Numbered from the stretch's first letter, positions 1-13,606 are shown. The stretch is DNA of 64,000 nucleotides from Octopus vulgaris (GCA_951406725.2 OX597814.1:14446001-14510000); one strand, 5' to 3'. Numbers and translations are program-made. The notes: generated from the letters alone by a model not told the origin.

Positions 1-1105
1 TTAAAATGTGCTGATAGGAAATGAAAAGGAGACAAATATTATTTTCAATATGAGAATAACAGTTACACTAAATAGAATTTTTAAAAATTTCCAAGGATTC
101 TAAATTAACAAAAAAACGTAACCATATTCATGTAGACAAAATTTATAGTATGAATGTAAACCATAAGTATATTGGCGGAAATCTTTCACTAAAAGTATTA
201 TGGCTAAGAACATATATGGCAAATAACCATCTTAGGATTCAGCAGCTAAAGTTGTGAGACCATTGACTGAAAAGGTTTTAAAATGTTCTTTTCAAAATTA
301 ATCAGTATTTTTCAGCACACAATGAAAATTTAGTTCTACAGAAACACTTCAACATTCTAAAGGAGATCGATAACGCAAATGAGACATAAAAATATATGAA
401 TATGAGAAAGTGGCTATTCACATACTGAACAGCATGATTCGTAAGTGTTGATAAGAAAATCGTTTAACACCTAATATACTTTCGACAGACAAATGAATGT
501 AACAAACGAGTGAAAGCCGATCCTTTCCTCCTAAATTTAGCGTTAAAATCACGAGAGTACATTTTATATAAATAAACTTTAACCACTACATTGACAAACG
601 TTCTATAACATGAAATCCGCTATAGAACTTATACTGAGACACACACATACGTATGTAGGCGTATGTATTATTTAGACAACTACTTACTAACTCGAATATT
701 AATAGAATAAGGCAATTTTATCTTCAAATGTTAACATTTGCACAGTTAAAGTGTGGTTGAGATTTAAGTCTGCTTCACAAACAGCTTTACCTTGATGAGT
801 AGATATGAATGTGGTGCACGTGTGTTCGTTTCTGTGTGTGTACGTGTGTGTGCGCGCACACGCCTACTGATTTCGTTATCACCAAGCGTAAATCTTCATT
901 TATGAATAAATGTGTTGTTCACGAGTAAATATGTTGAGTTAATGACTACCCTGAGCACTATCTGCATAAGAATCATGAATATCTCCTCAACAGTGCAATT
1001 ATCGTAACCGACTCTCGGTTTCTGAACACTAAACCTTACTATACTTACAACTCTTAACTCTTTAACCTCTAATGCTAATGGAATATGTGTTAGATGTGAT
1101 TAGAT

Positions 1106-1640
1106 CCAGCAAAGCCAGCATCCAGAGACAAGTTGGCAACAAAACATCACTTTATCGTGCTGCCACTGTATAAATCTCCCTGAGAGATTTAGGAATGCAA
1201 TATTTCTAATTTTGTAGATAAGTGAATTTATTTCACTTGAAATTCTATAAGTTTTCAAAGGCGAATAAGATTTGATAGTTAGTAAACGAAGCTACCCCAC
1301 ACTGATGGAGAGCAATAACTCTGAAACTAGTCTGTGGATGCTGGCTTTGCTGGGTGGAGGTGCTTATCTCCCCTGTTTGAAAACTTAAGGATGCATAACA
1401 CGTGTGTCACGTAACCAACTGGAAACTATGTTTCCTGGGGCAACATAGCAGTATTATTCGTCCCTTTCCTCAGTCTGCCACATTAAGTTGGCAACAAACC
1501 ATCACTTTATCGTGCTGCCACTGCATATCTCTCTGTGAGATTTACTAATGCAATATTTCTAATCTTGTAGATCAGTGAATTTATTTCACTTAAAATTCTA
1601 TAAGTTTTCAAAAGCGAATAGACATCGACAGTTAGCAAAC
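1106..1640 (+). mobile_element. PLE pLTR / retrozyme-like element: ~355-bp unit in partial tandem with an inverted leader
   Basis: Diverged direct repeat 1130-1287 / 1485-1640. Segment 1106-1134 is the reverse complement of 1325-1353 (2 mismatches). HHR motif inside. Confidence 0.7.
1297..1337 (+). ncRNA. Minimal type I hammerhead ribozyme motif (A9 position reads G)
   Basis: CCACA-CTGATGG-AGAG(caataa)CTCT-GAAA-CTAG-TC-TGTGG. Stem I CCACA/TGTGG, stem II AGAG/CTCT, palindromic ACTAGT stem III, GUC site. Confidence 0.7.
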
Positions 1641-2845
1641 CACTTCTGTTTTTTTGGAGGGACTCTAGCCAAATTTTTGAGCGACGCCGCCATTGCTGGG
1701 TGGTTGTGAATAATTGGAAAAATGAAAAGTTATGCGGAGGCTAGTGGAGGTCGAGTTCCCCTGGATCCACGTGCGCTGAAACCAGAGATGATGCAGTGGA
1801 ATGAGGAGCTGATAAACAAATATCATGTTATGGTAAAGAACTAAGGGTCAAATGTGAAAATGACCCTGCCGGAAGAGGAAAATAAGAAAATGAATAGGAA
1901 AATGGTCATATTCAGAGCATTTTCGAATGAAAATAGGAGAATTGAACACGTTCTGCCAGAAGAGATAGAAGAAATCTTGGAAGAACAAATAGAAGACAGC
2001 GTGAGGTATTTACAGGAGGAAATATATATGCGTCGATAGTAGTAACCTTTGTATCAGACGAAGAGGCGAAAAAAAGCCGACAACAGGCTGATAAAGGGAA
2101 TAAAATGGACGTTGATGCCAAACTGTTTGGGAAAAAGAATTGTTAGGATGAGGGTGGGAAGAATCCCACCGTCGATTGACCCAGAATAGATATAGCCGCC
2201 ATTTTTAATTCGGAGCTGAGGAAGAAAAGCGAAGACCTAATGTAAAATTACAGTCAAACGAACACACAAACACACAGATACAATCACACGGAAGCCAAAA
2301 ACTGCAGAAATATTCCTACATGCAAAACACAAACAAAAAGAAAATTTATAGTGAAATATAGGAAACCCCAAAGTTAAAAGAATTCAAAATTGAAAAACAT
2401 TATGAAAGAGTGAATCAACTGGGGTCGGAGGGGGATGTTAAACCTCGTGCCTCGGTGGTAATTATGGAAAAGGAGAAGTGGTAAGTCGTTATTTTTTGTA
2501 TAAACTGTAACTGAGAAAAACATTTATTTGAACATTTTATTGAGAAAAAAAGGAAAAACAAGTAAATCTTGCAACAGTTGAATGAACAGATGTTCAAAAC
2601 GTTTTTTTTAATGTAGGGTGGAAAGGAAAAGGAAAGTCGCGGTTTCGCCTCCGAGCGAGGCTGGAAATGTATGTTTAAAAAGGAAAACAAAATGGAGTTC
2701 ACGGTTTTATCTCGGAGCAGAACCGACATGACCGTTTCATTTTCATTGAAATTTAATTCATTTTACATTCATTCCTACATGTATTTTTTGTTTCTGCACA
2801 TCTGTGTATGTCCCCTCTGTATTCAGGACTTGTAATAAAGATTTA
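1641..2845 (+). mobile_element. Decayed Tx1/L1-like LINE: ORF1 remnant and 3' UTR, internally deleted
   Basis: ORF1-like peptides (MKSYAEA..., KMVIFRAF...) similar in character to ORF1 of the element at 60470-61883. Ends in ...GTCCCCTCTG...AATAAAG. Confidence 0.5.
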
Positions 2846-3164
2846 AGCCAGCAAATCATGCCTTTTTCTTCTGTGATAATTCGATATCTTCATTTTTGCT
2901 ACCTTATGTTATGTGAGTTTGTTTCTATCTGTTCCTTGTTTATTTGTGCTATTGTGAAAAATCTTGCCTGGATTTGAAGTGTTATCTTTTGACAGGTTAT
3001 AATTTTCGCCCTTCGGGTGGAAAATTTCTCTTAGTTTTTTTTTATAATTCAAAATTTATTGTGAAAAATTGTGAAATGTTGTTTGTTTTAAACTTTACGG
3101 TTGATTTATTCTGAAAATGTTTGTGTCATTCATGACAAGCTTGTGAAATTTCGTTATGGAATTT

Positions 3165-4545
3165 AACATCTCTTCTGGCCAGCGTCTTCGCAACAGAATG
3201 TGAGGATTCCCTGCTCTGTGAGTTGGGGAGTGGTGACGCTGATTCAAAAGGAGCAGAGCAAGGGGTATATTATAAGTAATTACAGGCCCATAACTCTACT
3301 CATTGTAGAGTTAAAGATTTTGGACAAGGTGTTAGCTAAAAGGTTGACGTGTGTCGTGGAGAAACTTGTAGGAAAGGCCCAGACATGCGGAATCCTAGGC
3401 AGGTTGATCTGGGACAATCTTCACCTTATCCGCTACACCTTAGATAGATTGGGTAAATTAACCGGCAAAGGTGGAGTAATTGTCCATTTAGACCAAAATA
3501 AAGCGTTTGATTAGGATAGACCACCAGTACCTGGCGGCGATCTTCGACGCGGCTAGGCTGGGCCCTGACTTCCGTGGTTGGATCTCCGCCATGTATAGCG
3601 GCATTAAATCCACAGTCCAGATAAACGGCTACCTGTCTGAGCTGTCTCTATCAAGCGTTCAGTTCGTCAAGGGTTGTCCTTTGTCTCCGCTCCTGTACGT
3701 GTTGGCTCTTGATCCATTACTGCGGAAGGTGAAGTATTTGGGGGACGTCCCTATGAAATCGGTTGCGGTAAGTCGGTCACAGCTTACGCGGATGACGTCA
3801 CCATCATCGTATCCAATGAAGCTCAGCTACCTCGTGTAGAGGAGGCTATTAGAGGATACGAGGTGGTGGCAGCGGCAAAAGTTGACAAGGACAAGTCCAT
3901 AGGCTTGCGCCTTGGCACCTGGAGGAGCAAGTCGATATTGTCCAGTGTCGTGGGTCACTGGACAGGTGTTCCTGTTAAGTTGCTTGGAGTTTGGTTTGGA
4001 CCGGAATCCCAGACGGAGAAGAATTGGAGAAAGTGAGTAAACATAGTGGAGGCCTTTATCCGGACCTGGTCCAGAAGGTCTCTGTCCCTGGAAGGAAGGA
4101 TAGAGGTGGTACAGGTATTTATTGCATTTGTTATCACCTACCGCCTGACCGTTGTTCCTTGCCCCGACTCGTGGCTGAACAAGTTGGAGCGACTCCTCTT
4201 CCGCGTATTGTTGAAGTGGGGAAAGCCACTTGTGAGGCGCTCCGTTTGCCGCTAAAGGGTGGGTTAGGATGACCTGGTTGATGATGCGCAGACATGTGTT
4301 GAGGCTGAGGCATCTCTGGTGCTACATGGAGGGTAATAAGGTGTGGAGTCCGTTGGCAGAGGAATTGTTTCCGCGACTAGCCTCTTTGGAGCGATTTAAA
4401 CCCGGTTTCATTAAAAGACGTAATCTGAATTGCAAAAAAGTATCAACAGGAACTTGTGCTTATCCACAAGACTGGCAAGGCAGGCAATTGGCATACCACC
4501 TCAGTTTTGTAAAGAGGGATGGTAGAACATAAAAATGATGGCGTC
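3165..4545 (+). pseudogene. Tx1-clade LINE reverse transcriptase fragment, frameshifted
   Basis: NYRPITLL, LDQNKAFD, KGCPLSPLLY, AYADDV (3782-3799), KGGLG motifs spread across frames. Confidence 0.92.
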
Positions 4546-4703
4546 TAAGAAGCAAAACCTGCCAGGTATTTCGCACAAAATGCGAACAATTCTGTCAGCT
4601 CGCAGAATCGTTTGTAAGATTAATTATAACAAAAGACAAGATATTATGTCTTGAATGTTTTTGATGGCAGATAAGCTCAATATGAACTAACTTGAATATA
4701 AGC

Positions 4704-5033
4704 CAAGGGTTCTCAATAAACTTTTACCTATCGACCACTTTGATTCCTTTATTACGTGGGTGGGTCCGTATAGTTATTCTTTTAAAAAATCCTATGGCAT
4801 TTTTATAATTAGATATTACTTGGACTTGTATAAAAATTGTCAAAATAGTTTCTGTACTGGGGACGTAAAACCAATTTCTAGAGCATAAATTATACTAGTA
4901 TGAAGTACATTTTTTTCTTGGCCATTGAGAAATTACCGTTGACTCCCTATTTACTCTATTACACCTGAGGACTCCCATCCCAAATCATATATGGATCCAC
5001 AGGGTCCGTATGGACACCGGTTAAGAACTTCTG
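4704..5033. mobile_element. Possible hAT-type MITE
   Basis: Degenerate terminal inverted repeats CAAGGGTTCTCAA / TTAAGAACTTCTG. No 8-bp TSD recognisable. Confidence 0.4.
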
Positions 5034-5529
5034 CATGCAATAACAAAACAATAGTCAAGTACATAGACTGAATGTAGTACTGATAGTACTGAGAGTGATG
5101 AAAATATATCACACAACAAACTTTATGACCATCATATTATTGGTAGCAGAATAGAACATCGCTCATTTTCAATCACACAAGTCCAAACGGGTGCAAAGAT
5201 GTGAATTAGCAATCCCGCATCTAGTATAATAAACAATTTATTTATCCATTTGATTAGCTTTGAAGATCAAACCGTAAAAGTATTTGAAAATCTTGATGGG
5301 ATCGAGCTATTCAGCTTTCTGCAGAGCTTCAAATAAGTACTTTAGGCACACGCAAAATGAAAATTCTTTATGCTTGGTATAAATCAAAGAGTTAGTGAAA
5401 ATATCATAACACCTCATTAACACCCTTAAACGATATGTCCACTGAAATATTATGTAAATATTACTGAACAACTATCAGATGATCTCTCACACCCTTTGTT
5501 TGACACACGCAAATAAATTTACGTAGGGA

Positions 5530-5534
5530 TATTA

Positions 5535-5612
<78 letters not shown>

Positions 5613-5630
5613 TTATTATTATCATTATTC
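5530..5630. repeat. (ATT)n microsatellite
   Basis: Direct reading. Confidence 0.95.
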
Positions 5631-6825
5631 TATTACTTGGTGTTTGATGTCCGTAAAGCAAAATATTGAAAGTTTAATACCATTAGCAAATAACTCTCCA
5701 GATGAAACAAGCCTTATTCTGCCGTGAGAACAGTCTGTACCTATTCTCTTTTCCATCACCATGCTGCTCATCCACCTCATCATGTTCTTCCTCATCCTAT
5801 TCGTCCTCTTCATCATTATTATCTCTCTTGGTTTACATATGTGTGTGTTTATGCATGTATGTAAACACATACACACACACACTCACACATATATATCTTT
5901 TACTCTTTTACTTCTTGTAGTCATTTGCTGGAGCACAGCCTTAAAGGGTGTTAGTCAAAGAAATCGACTCCAGGATTTATACTATCGGTCTCTTTACAAA
6001 ATCTCTAAGCTACGAGGACATAAACACAAACACACGCACATACACACACATACTCACACACGCTCGCACACATACATAAATACATACATATATATGACCA
6101 CTGCCTACACTCAGTAATTCATTGCAAATGTTCCGGAGTGCAGGCACTTACAGCTCGTACATTTGTTTTGAATGTGTAAAGAGTTACACAGCACTGAAAC
6201 CACTTTTACATAGAAATAGATGAAAAGAACCAGTGGTACAACACAGGTTGAGACGACTAGCAGTCAAGTACACTTCATTTTCTTTTATGTGAGTTTTTCT
6301 TCTCCCAAGAAGGAAAGTCTAACGAGCGTCCTTCAACACCAGTGCATCACAAGCTAGTTAACCAGTTCACCGGAGAACAGTAAGAGCTAAGAGGTGGTTA
6401 CACACTCTTCAAAACCCTGATACTTTCTCACCTGGACCCACTATGTATATATATATATATATACTGCTTTGAATCTGTTCAAGGTTATCTCTCTTCAGTT
6501 TTGAGGGAAGCTTAAGAGCTAGAAACGTATGACTGCCAATCTGTTAGTGGGGGGCACTAGGTAGATCTGATGTCTTTACACCTTTACCATACGAGGGAAG
6601 TTATTCTTCCACGGTAACTGCAGTGAATTTTTAGGTATTTCTGTTCTCATAAATTGATTAATAAACTTGTACCAATGAGAATATATCCTGACCACAGAAG
6701 GTATGGTTGTTAAAATAACTTAATGCAGATGAAAACTATTCTATATAGAAATTCAACAAGTATGTGATTTATGAGTTCTTTTGCTCAGTTATAGTTTGTG
6801 ATAGCATAAAACTTAATTTGTTTAC

Positions 6826-6870
6826 ATAGCCAAGTCTTTCATAGCCAAGTCTTTCATAGCCAAGTCTTTC
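6826..6870. repeat. Three copies of a 15-bp tandem repeat (ATAGCCAAGTCTTTC)
   Basis: Direct reading. Confidence 0.9.
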
Positions 6871-7055
6871 AAAGAAGATTGATGTAGTGCTTAACATTTA
6901 TAATACGTTGCACTACTATGCTTGAAAATCTCCCAATTTTACAAATAAATCGAGATTTTACACCTGTGTGTATAGATGGAAAACATAAGTTTTGCTGTGT
7001 CATTCGTAATAGATATAAGTACATATCTTACGACGAGTGTAATTGTGATGATAGG

Positions 7056-7192
7056 GGCATGAGTGGCTGTGTGGTAAGGAGTGTGCTACCCAACCACACT
7101 GTTCCGTGTTCAGTGCAGCTGTGTGTTATGTTAAGCAAATGTTTTCTACTGTAATCTCGGGCCGATAAAAGCCTTTTCTGTGTCGTTTATAT

Positions 7193-7227
<35 letters not shown>

Positions 7228-7480
7228 AATGCATGTATGTATGTATGTGTCTATGTATCTATGTGAGTGCTTCTGTCTGTGTTTGTTCCCTGCCACCGCT
7301 TGACAACCGCTGTTAATGTGTTTAAGTCTTCGTAACCTTGCGGATCGGCAAAAAGAGAACGAGAGAACAAGTACGAAGTTTCAAAAGAAAAGTAATAGCA
7401 TCAATTCATTCGATGAAAATCCTTCAAAAGTGTGCCCCAGCATGACCGCAATCTATTCACAGAAACAAGTAAATAAAAGA
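7056..7480 (+). mobile_element. tRNA-derived SINE family B, diverged copy with internal (TA)n
   Basis: Aligns by eye to 20398-20820 and 38379-38790. Confidence 0.8.
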
Positions 7481-8714
7481 TATCAGTTTCACCTTGCAAT
7501 AAATTTTTTCAGTAGATTGAATTCGTAATTGTTGTTTGATGTTAGGTTTCGAGTTGGCCACAAATCGTTCTTACTCATTTTCAACATCGACACTAGTTCA
7601 GGTAATGTCCAAATCCATTTTATCTTCAACTATATCAAATGAAATATATTATTTTAGAGTTATATGAGATGAGGTGTGAATCCAAGTAATCTATTTATTG
7701 AAGTAACAGTCTAAATATTTTCATATTTCCTGAAGTTTGTCCACAAATTTGTATCTTTGAGGAGCTGTTTAGTATATTTCTTTAGGTTCAGTGATTTATT
7801 CACTTCCATCATATTAGTCAGACGCTGATATTCGCGATTATTTTAGATTTGTTCTAAAAAAGCACAAGGGTAAAGAAAATAAGAAAGAAAGCATCAAATA
7901 ACACGACCTAAACCTAACCCACTTCACAAAATTCAAAAACCCAGCAATGCTCACAGACTATTTTTAGAAGAGTATCATATCACATTTCAAACTATATTGA
8001 TTTTTTTGTCGTAAACGTGAATCCATACGTACTTGCTGATATCATCAGTGTAAAACCTTAACAAATATTAAATGCTGATTGCCATACATTTCATTATTGA
8101 GCAAATCTATTTTTGTCATTTTTTGGTTTTTACAATTAAGAGAGAAAAAAATGTAGTTAACGATGTTTTGGATGTAAAGTTACTTTCTGTTTTGATTTCG
8201 TAACTAGCTAGACCGTAACATTTTGAACAAAGTTTTTAACAATTTTGCGGATCGACTGTCTCCCAATAACAGCTCGGTCGCAGATATTGTGAATTATGAA
8301 TGGTTTGTAATTCTGAAGAAATCACTATATTTCTATTTTTGAATAGTGTTCCAATCCAAAATGAAAGCTATTTCCTTTAGAGTTTCTATTTTGGATTTTG
8401 CACACAGACATAAACACAAGAACTGGCTTACACGCGCGCACACACCCACACATGCATACGCACTGTCACACCGAAGCATACATACGCGCACGCAAACCCA
8501 TGTAAATATATATATATATATTTCGTTTTGGGATTTGGTTTGCAAGATTCTTTATGTGAGTTCGTGTGTTGAAGCATATTTTGTTGTGTCTGGGCGGAGT
8601 CATTTTCTTTTTGTGCCTTATAATTTAACACACTCACCGGTAAAATTTCCATTTATTGCTTATTTTTATTTTCCTAATATTTGCATCTTGCAACCATTTC
8701 AATAGTCTTGACAC

Positions 8715-8932
8715 CCAAGTCGCGTTGGTGAATCTCTTTGAAACTCTCCCCTAAACCGTCCTTGCACTTCAACTGCGTTTTCACACTTATAGTAATATTT
8801 TAGAAGAATTTCCTTTGTTCAAAGCTTATTCTGACTGCCATCATTAATTCCAATGGGTCTAATCTGGAAAAAAAATAACATCAGTTGAGTTATCAGCTGC
8901 TAAAGTGTGTATACATTTTTTGGGACACCCTG
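8715..8932 (-). mobile_element. Tc1/mariner-superfamily 5' fragment
   Basis: The minus strand begins TA-CAGGGTGTCCCAAAAAATG. It encodes the frameshifted peptide MAVRISFEQRKF/LKYYYKCENAVEVQGRFRGEFQRDSPTRL, typical of a transposase N-terminal HTH (DUF4817-like). Confidence 0.75.
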
Positions 8933-9770
8933 TATATCCCACAGAATCCGAGAAAAGGGTCTTATGAGCCTGTGGCTCGGTATAGACACTTTGGTGATAT
9001 TATTTCATCCAGTTTGTAAAAAGAAAGCCTTTTTTATTACATACAGTCGATTGCATTGACTATTGGAGTGATATTTCAATGGCTGACACGAAATTTTCAT
9101 TTGAAAGTGAACGGAATTGTGTGACGTTCATGTCCTTCTTACCGGTTGCACCAACGAAAATGCATAAAAGAAAATTGAACCTAACGCATACATTGCCCTA
9201 CCAGAAACAATTTGTTTTTTATGTTGTATGCTATTTCAAAGAAAGATAGATATAAGTCTGTCAAGAATTCAAATTGAAATTTATAAATTTATTTTTATAG
9301 TAGTTTACGCTGATGTAGTTGCTTTACCCTTAGCCAACGACATGAGCGTTGTACTCTTCGGCTGTTTGATACAAAATGGCTTTTAAAATTTAGCACAATA
9401 TCAGAATATTTTACAAAACATCTTTAATAATATATTAATATCGTGATTTCATAAAGATTTGTGTACATAATTCCCTTCTAACACAGATGAATACAATTGG
9501 TTATGCGTAATAATTCTGCGTTTAGAAAAGCAAGTATGAATAAAACAACGAAACACTACGTTAAAAATTCATATGACCGTTGTTGTCTTCCACAAATACA
9601 CTGTTTAAAAATAGCAATGTTCATAATAACCTGCTGTGGTATTATTTCTATGAAAATAAAAAAGGAAGATCCATAAAAACAGATATTTCGCATATTATTA
9701 AAAAATTAAATTTTATACTAGCTTTGGATGTCGTTCCAAATCACTATTACTAATTTGTGATGCACTTTAT

Positions 9771-10716
9771 AATATATATTTCTTTACTACCCACAAGGGG
9801 CTAAACACAGAGGAGACAAACAAGGACAGACAAAGGGATTAAGTCGACTACATCGACCCCAGTGCGTAACTGGTACTTAATTTATCGACCCCGAAAGGAT
9901 GAAAGGCAAAGTCGACCTCGGCGAAATTTGAACTCGGAACGTAACGACAGACGAAATACGGCTACGAATTTCGCCCGGCGTGCTAACGTTTCTACCAGCT
10001 CGCCTAATATATATTTCTTTACTACCCACAAGGGGCTAAACATAGAGGGGACAAACAAGGACAGACAAAGGGATTAAGTCGATTACATCGACCCCAGTGC
10101 GTAACTGGTACTTAATTTATCGACCCCGAAAGGATGAAAGGCAAAGTCGACCTCGGCGGAATTTGAACTCGGAACGTAACGACAGACGAAATACTGCTAC
10201 GAATTTCGCCCGGCGTGCTAACGTTTCTACCAGCTCGCCTAATATATATTTCTTTACTACCCACAAGGGGCTAAACATAGAGGGGACAAACAAGGACAGA
10301 CAAAGGGATTAAGTCGATTACATCGACCCCAGTGCGTAACTGGTACTTAATTTATCGACCCCGAAAGGATGAAAGGCAAAGTCGACCTCGGCGGAATTTG
10401 AACTCGGAACGTAACGACAGACGAAATACTGCTACGAATTTCGCCCGGCGTGCTAACGTTTCTACCAGCTCGCCTAATATATATTTCTTTACTACCCACA
10501 AGGGGCTAAACATAGAGGGGACAAACAATGACAGACAAAGGGATTAAGTCGATTACATCGACCCCAGTGCGTAACTGGTACTTAATTTATCGACCCCGAA
10601 AGGATGAAAGGCAAAGTCGACCTCGGCGGAATTTGAACTCGGAACGTAACGACAGACGAAATACTGCTACGAATTTCGCCCAGCGTGCTAACGTTTCTAC
10701 CAGCTCGCCTAATATA
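9771..10716 (-). mobile_element. Head-to-tail array of four 235-bp SINE family A copies
   Basis: Units start at 9771, 10006, 10241 and 10476 and are near-identical. A-box and B-box (GAGTTCAAAT) lie on the minus strand. Solo copies at 30371 and 33985. Confidence 0.95.
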
Positions 10717-12655
10717 GCATACAAGAGCTGTGCATGATCAAGTTTATACTGGAGCAGAAAACAAAGATCAGCTTTCGTATTTTCCATCACTAAAACCACT
10801 TAATTCTCCACAATTCAGTCTACCTAGGTATAAATAATAACTACATGTCCACTAGGTCACTGTTGTAAATAGCAGTACTATATTCATTTGAAGAGTATTT
10901 CATTTTTTTTCTGTTGATTATATATGGGCTCTGCTATGCTGATTTTGCTTTCAATATGTACTATATGAATATGGTGTCTGCAGTTGTCCACTATTCAATT
11001 TGATATGTGATTTACTGTTTTTAAATCGATAAAATAAGCGGGTATAACGCATTGAAGTCCAATCTATCACCGACAAACTTTGCTTTAAAGATATTGATTA
11101 TTGGTTATAAATAGCACGTTGTCTAAAATTGAACATGACGGTGATAATTTTGGAGGGAAAATAAGCATCATCAAATTTTGATGAGAATCTCACTCTACAT
11201 GTATGTGTTATATATAATACACACACTTACATCATACATAGATACATACACACACACATAAATATATGTGTATGTATATATGTGTGCGCGTGTGTGTGTG
11301 TATTTATGTGTGTTTGTTTTTGCATTTGCCTTTCAGCTTGTGTGCATGTGATATATAATAAACAATAGTAAAATAACATTAAGAACCATATATATATAGT
11401 TTAATTGAGGAAGCCGTTCATAAGCGATTAGCTAGGTTAGAGGACGATCAGGTGAAATATGAACGCTTCATATCTCCTCACAGTCACTGCACATTATTCA
11501 TAACTCTTAAACTCAACTCTCACTCACACGGTCGGTCTAGCTGCATATGACTATCATCAGGCATAAACGACATGAAGCGGAAATTTGCACATCGCGCCTC
11601 GTGCAGCCATTTACTTTATAATACTCATAGTAATAAATTACCATGATATCATACAATTTTCTTCGTACTTAATAAATATGATATATTTCTGTGTGTAAAT
11701 TTTATCAGATTTGGCCGTGTATGAAATATTTGTGTAACGGTTTCACTCCAGAGCCGATCACTCTGATTCAACAGTCTTATGATTTTGCTTTACCCAGGGC
11801 TCTCGCATTTGTTGGTATATTAGAAATTACATTTTCTAATGGGTTCTACCATGTGCGTGAACATCACTCTTTATTTTCTCTAGCATTATATGAAGGACAT
11901 TTTCAAATGTTTACACCTGTTTTATGCTTAAGGCAGTAGGTGGTGATTTAATGAGTATTTGGCTACACTTTCTTGCAAATTGGGTGACCAAGCCATAGTG
12001 GTCATAGTTGTGGCAATGATTTCATCATTTGGAGGTTATTTAGAGAAAATCTCATCATGTGTAGTTCCATCAACTCATATTAATTAACTCGCTCAATTAT
12101 TCTGTATTATAGAAACTTATAGCATTGAGTTATGCATACTTACTATACCTACTTTCATGGGAGGCCTGATGTTTTTAAAAGTTGCTATAAGTAGAAAATT
12201 TCAAATCCTGTTAGCTCTGTCATGAAAGGTAAGATGGCGTATAATATGATGATTCTTAATAAAATAGGGTTAAAATATGCGTACAAAAATTTATGAACAT
12301 GCAGAAATTTTGGGAAAATGAATTCATGACTAAATATTCATATTTAGATTCTAGAAGGCGATATACAATAAATATAGTGTGCAGTAAGAGATTTCCGCTT
12401 GACGGTGTTAGGATTGTTTTTAGGATTGAAGGAATTTACGCATTTCTGTATCCTCAGTAAGAAGTTAACAGAGCATAATGATATTTGTGAAGGAAAAAAA
12501 GCAATTAGGAGCTATATAATCAGATGGTAAGTACACTCAGCATAGTTTATTTTTATTGAAGGAATGTGAAAGAACAGCGTTGGTGTTGGCAGTGTGCAAT
12601 TCGAGCATGAAGTAGTTGCTGATAAGGAAAAAAATATTAATCAGAGATTTCATTT

Positions 12656-12727
<72 letters not shown>

Positions 12728-13257
12728 ATACGTTAGATAAATTACACAATTTTTTTATTCCAAGCTCATCCATTCTTATGAGTGACCACATTCATATATG
12801 TATATATATATACACACATAAACATGTAACCTGTGTCTATATGTACGTGCATGTGTATATGATACATATATATTTCAGTATATATACATATAAATGTATG
12901 TGCGTGTATGTGTGTATGTATATGTGTACATGTGCGAACGGATGATGCACACACATGCATACATACATATGTATATGTGCGAACGGAACACGTATACATG
13001 CATATATACATAAATACACACACATACACATACCTCAGTATCTAATTATATAGGCATCGTAAGCTCTTGATTGCATCTCAAACAAAATCCTTCATACTCT
13101 TTCTTTCACCATCAGTGAATGTTACTTTAACCAGCAGGAAGTAATGTCACCAAAGTGTGTCGAATAAATGTTACGAGTTTCAACTCTGAACCGTAACACA
13201 CTCCAAAAAGTGTTCGACTGTGGTGGCTGAATAAAAGCTCACCATTATCTCGTAACT

Positions 13258-13420
13258 ATTCTTTATTATAGGCACTAAGGCCCTAATTAAGAGGGGACAT
13301 TACAAGACAGGACGTGGGGTACATAAATTAAAAAATCGAAAAATATGAAGTGAAATGAATATTTATAATGGATTAGATGGAACGGCTTACGAGCCCCCCA
13401 AAACTCGCAGTTTCATTTAA
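13258..13420 (-). mobile_element. Probable Tx1-like LINE 3' end fragment
   Basis: The minus strand ends ...TGTCCCCTCTTAATTAGGGCCTTAGTGCCTATAATAAAGAATA, similar to the end at 2810-2845. Confidence 0.4.
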
Positions 13421-13606
13421 AATAGTTCTGTTATACTGGTTGTTCATCTGTTATAAAAGTTATATCTGTTATAAAAGTAACTACTTTTTAAACTCTCGCT
13501 GCACAACCAACGCGCTATTTTCCTGCCTGTTTTAACCCATCGCGTTATCCAACTGTACGAAACATATTCTCTTCTATTTGCGATGGGTAAAATGGTAAAA
13601 AGTGAA

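Noticed and set aside
9862-10737. Repeated 71-aa ORF, or a CRISPR-like array
   Set aside because: These are antisense readings of identical SINE units. There are no unique spacers and no cas genes, and the context is eukaryotic.
11400-11580. Minus-strand CTGATGA near 11554-11560 as an HHR
   Set aside because: No GAAA and no convincing stems I or III.
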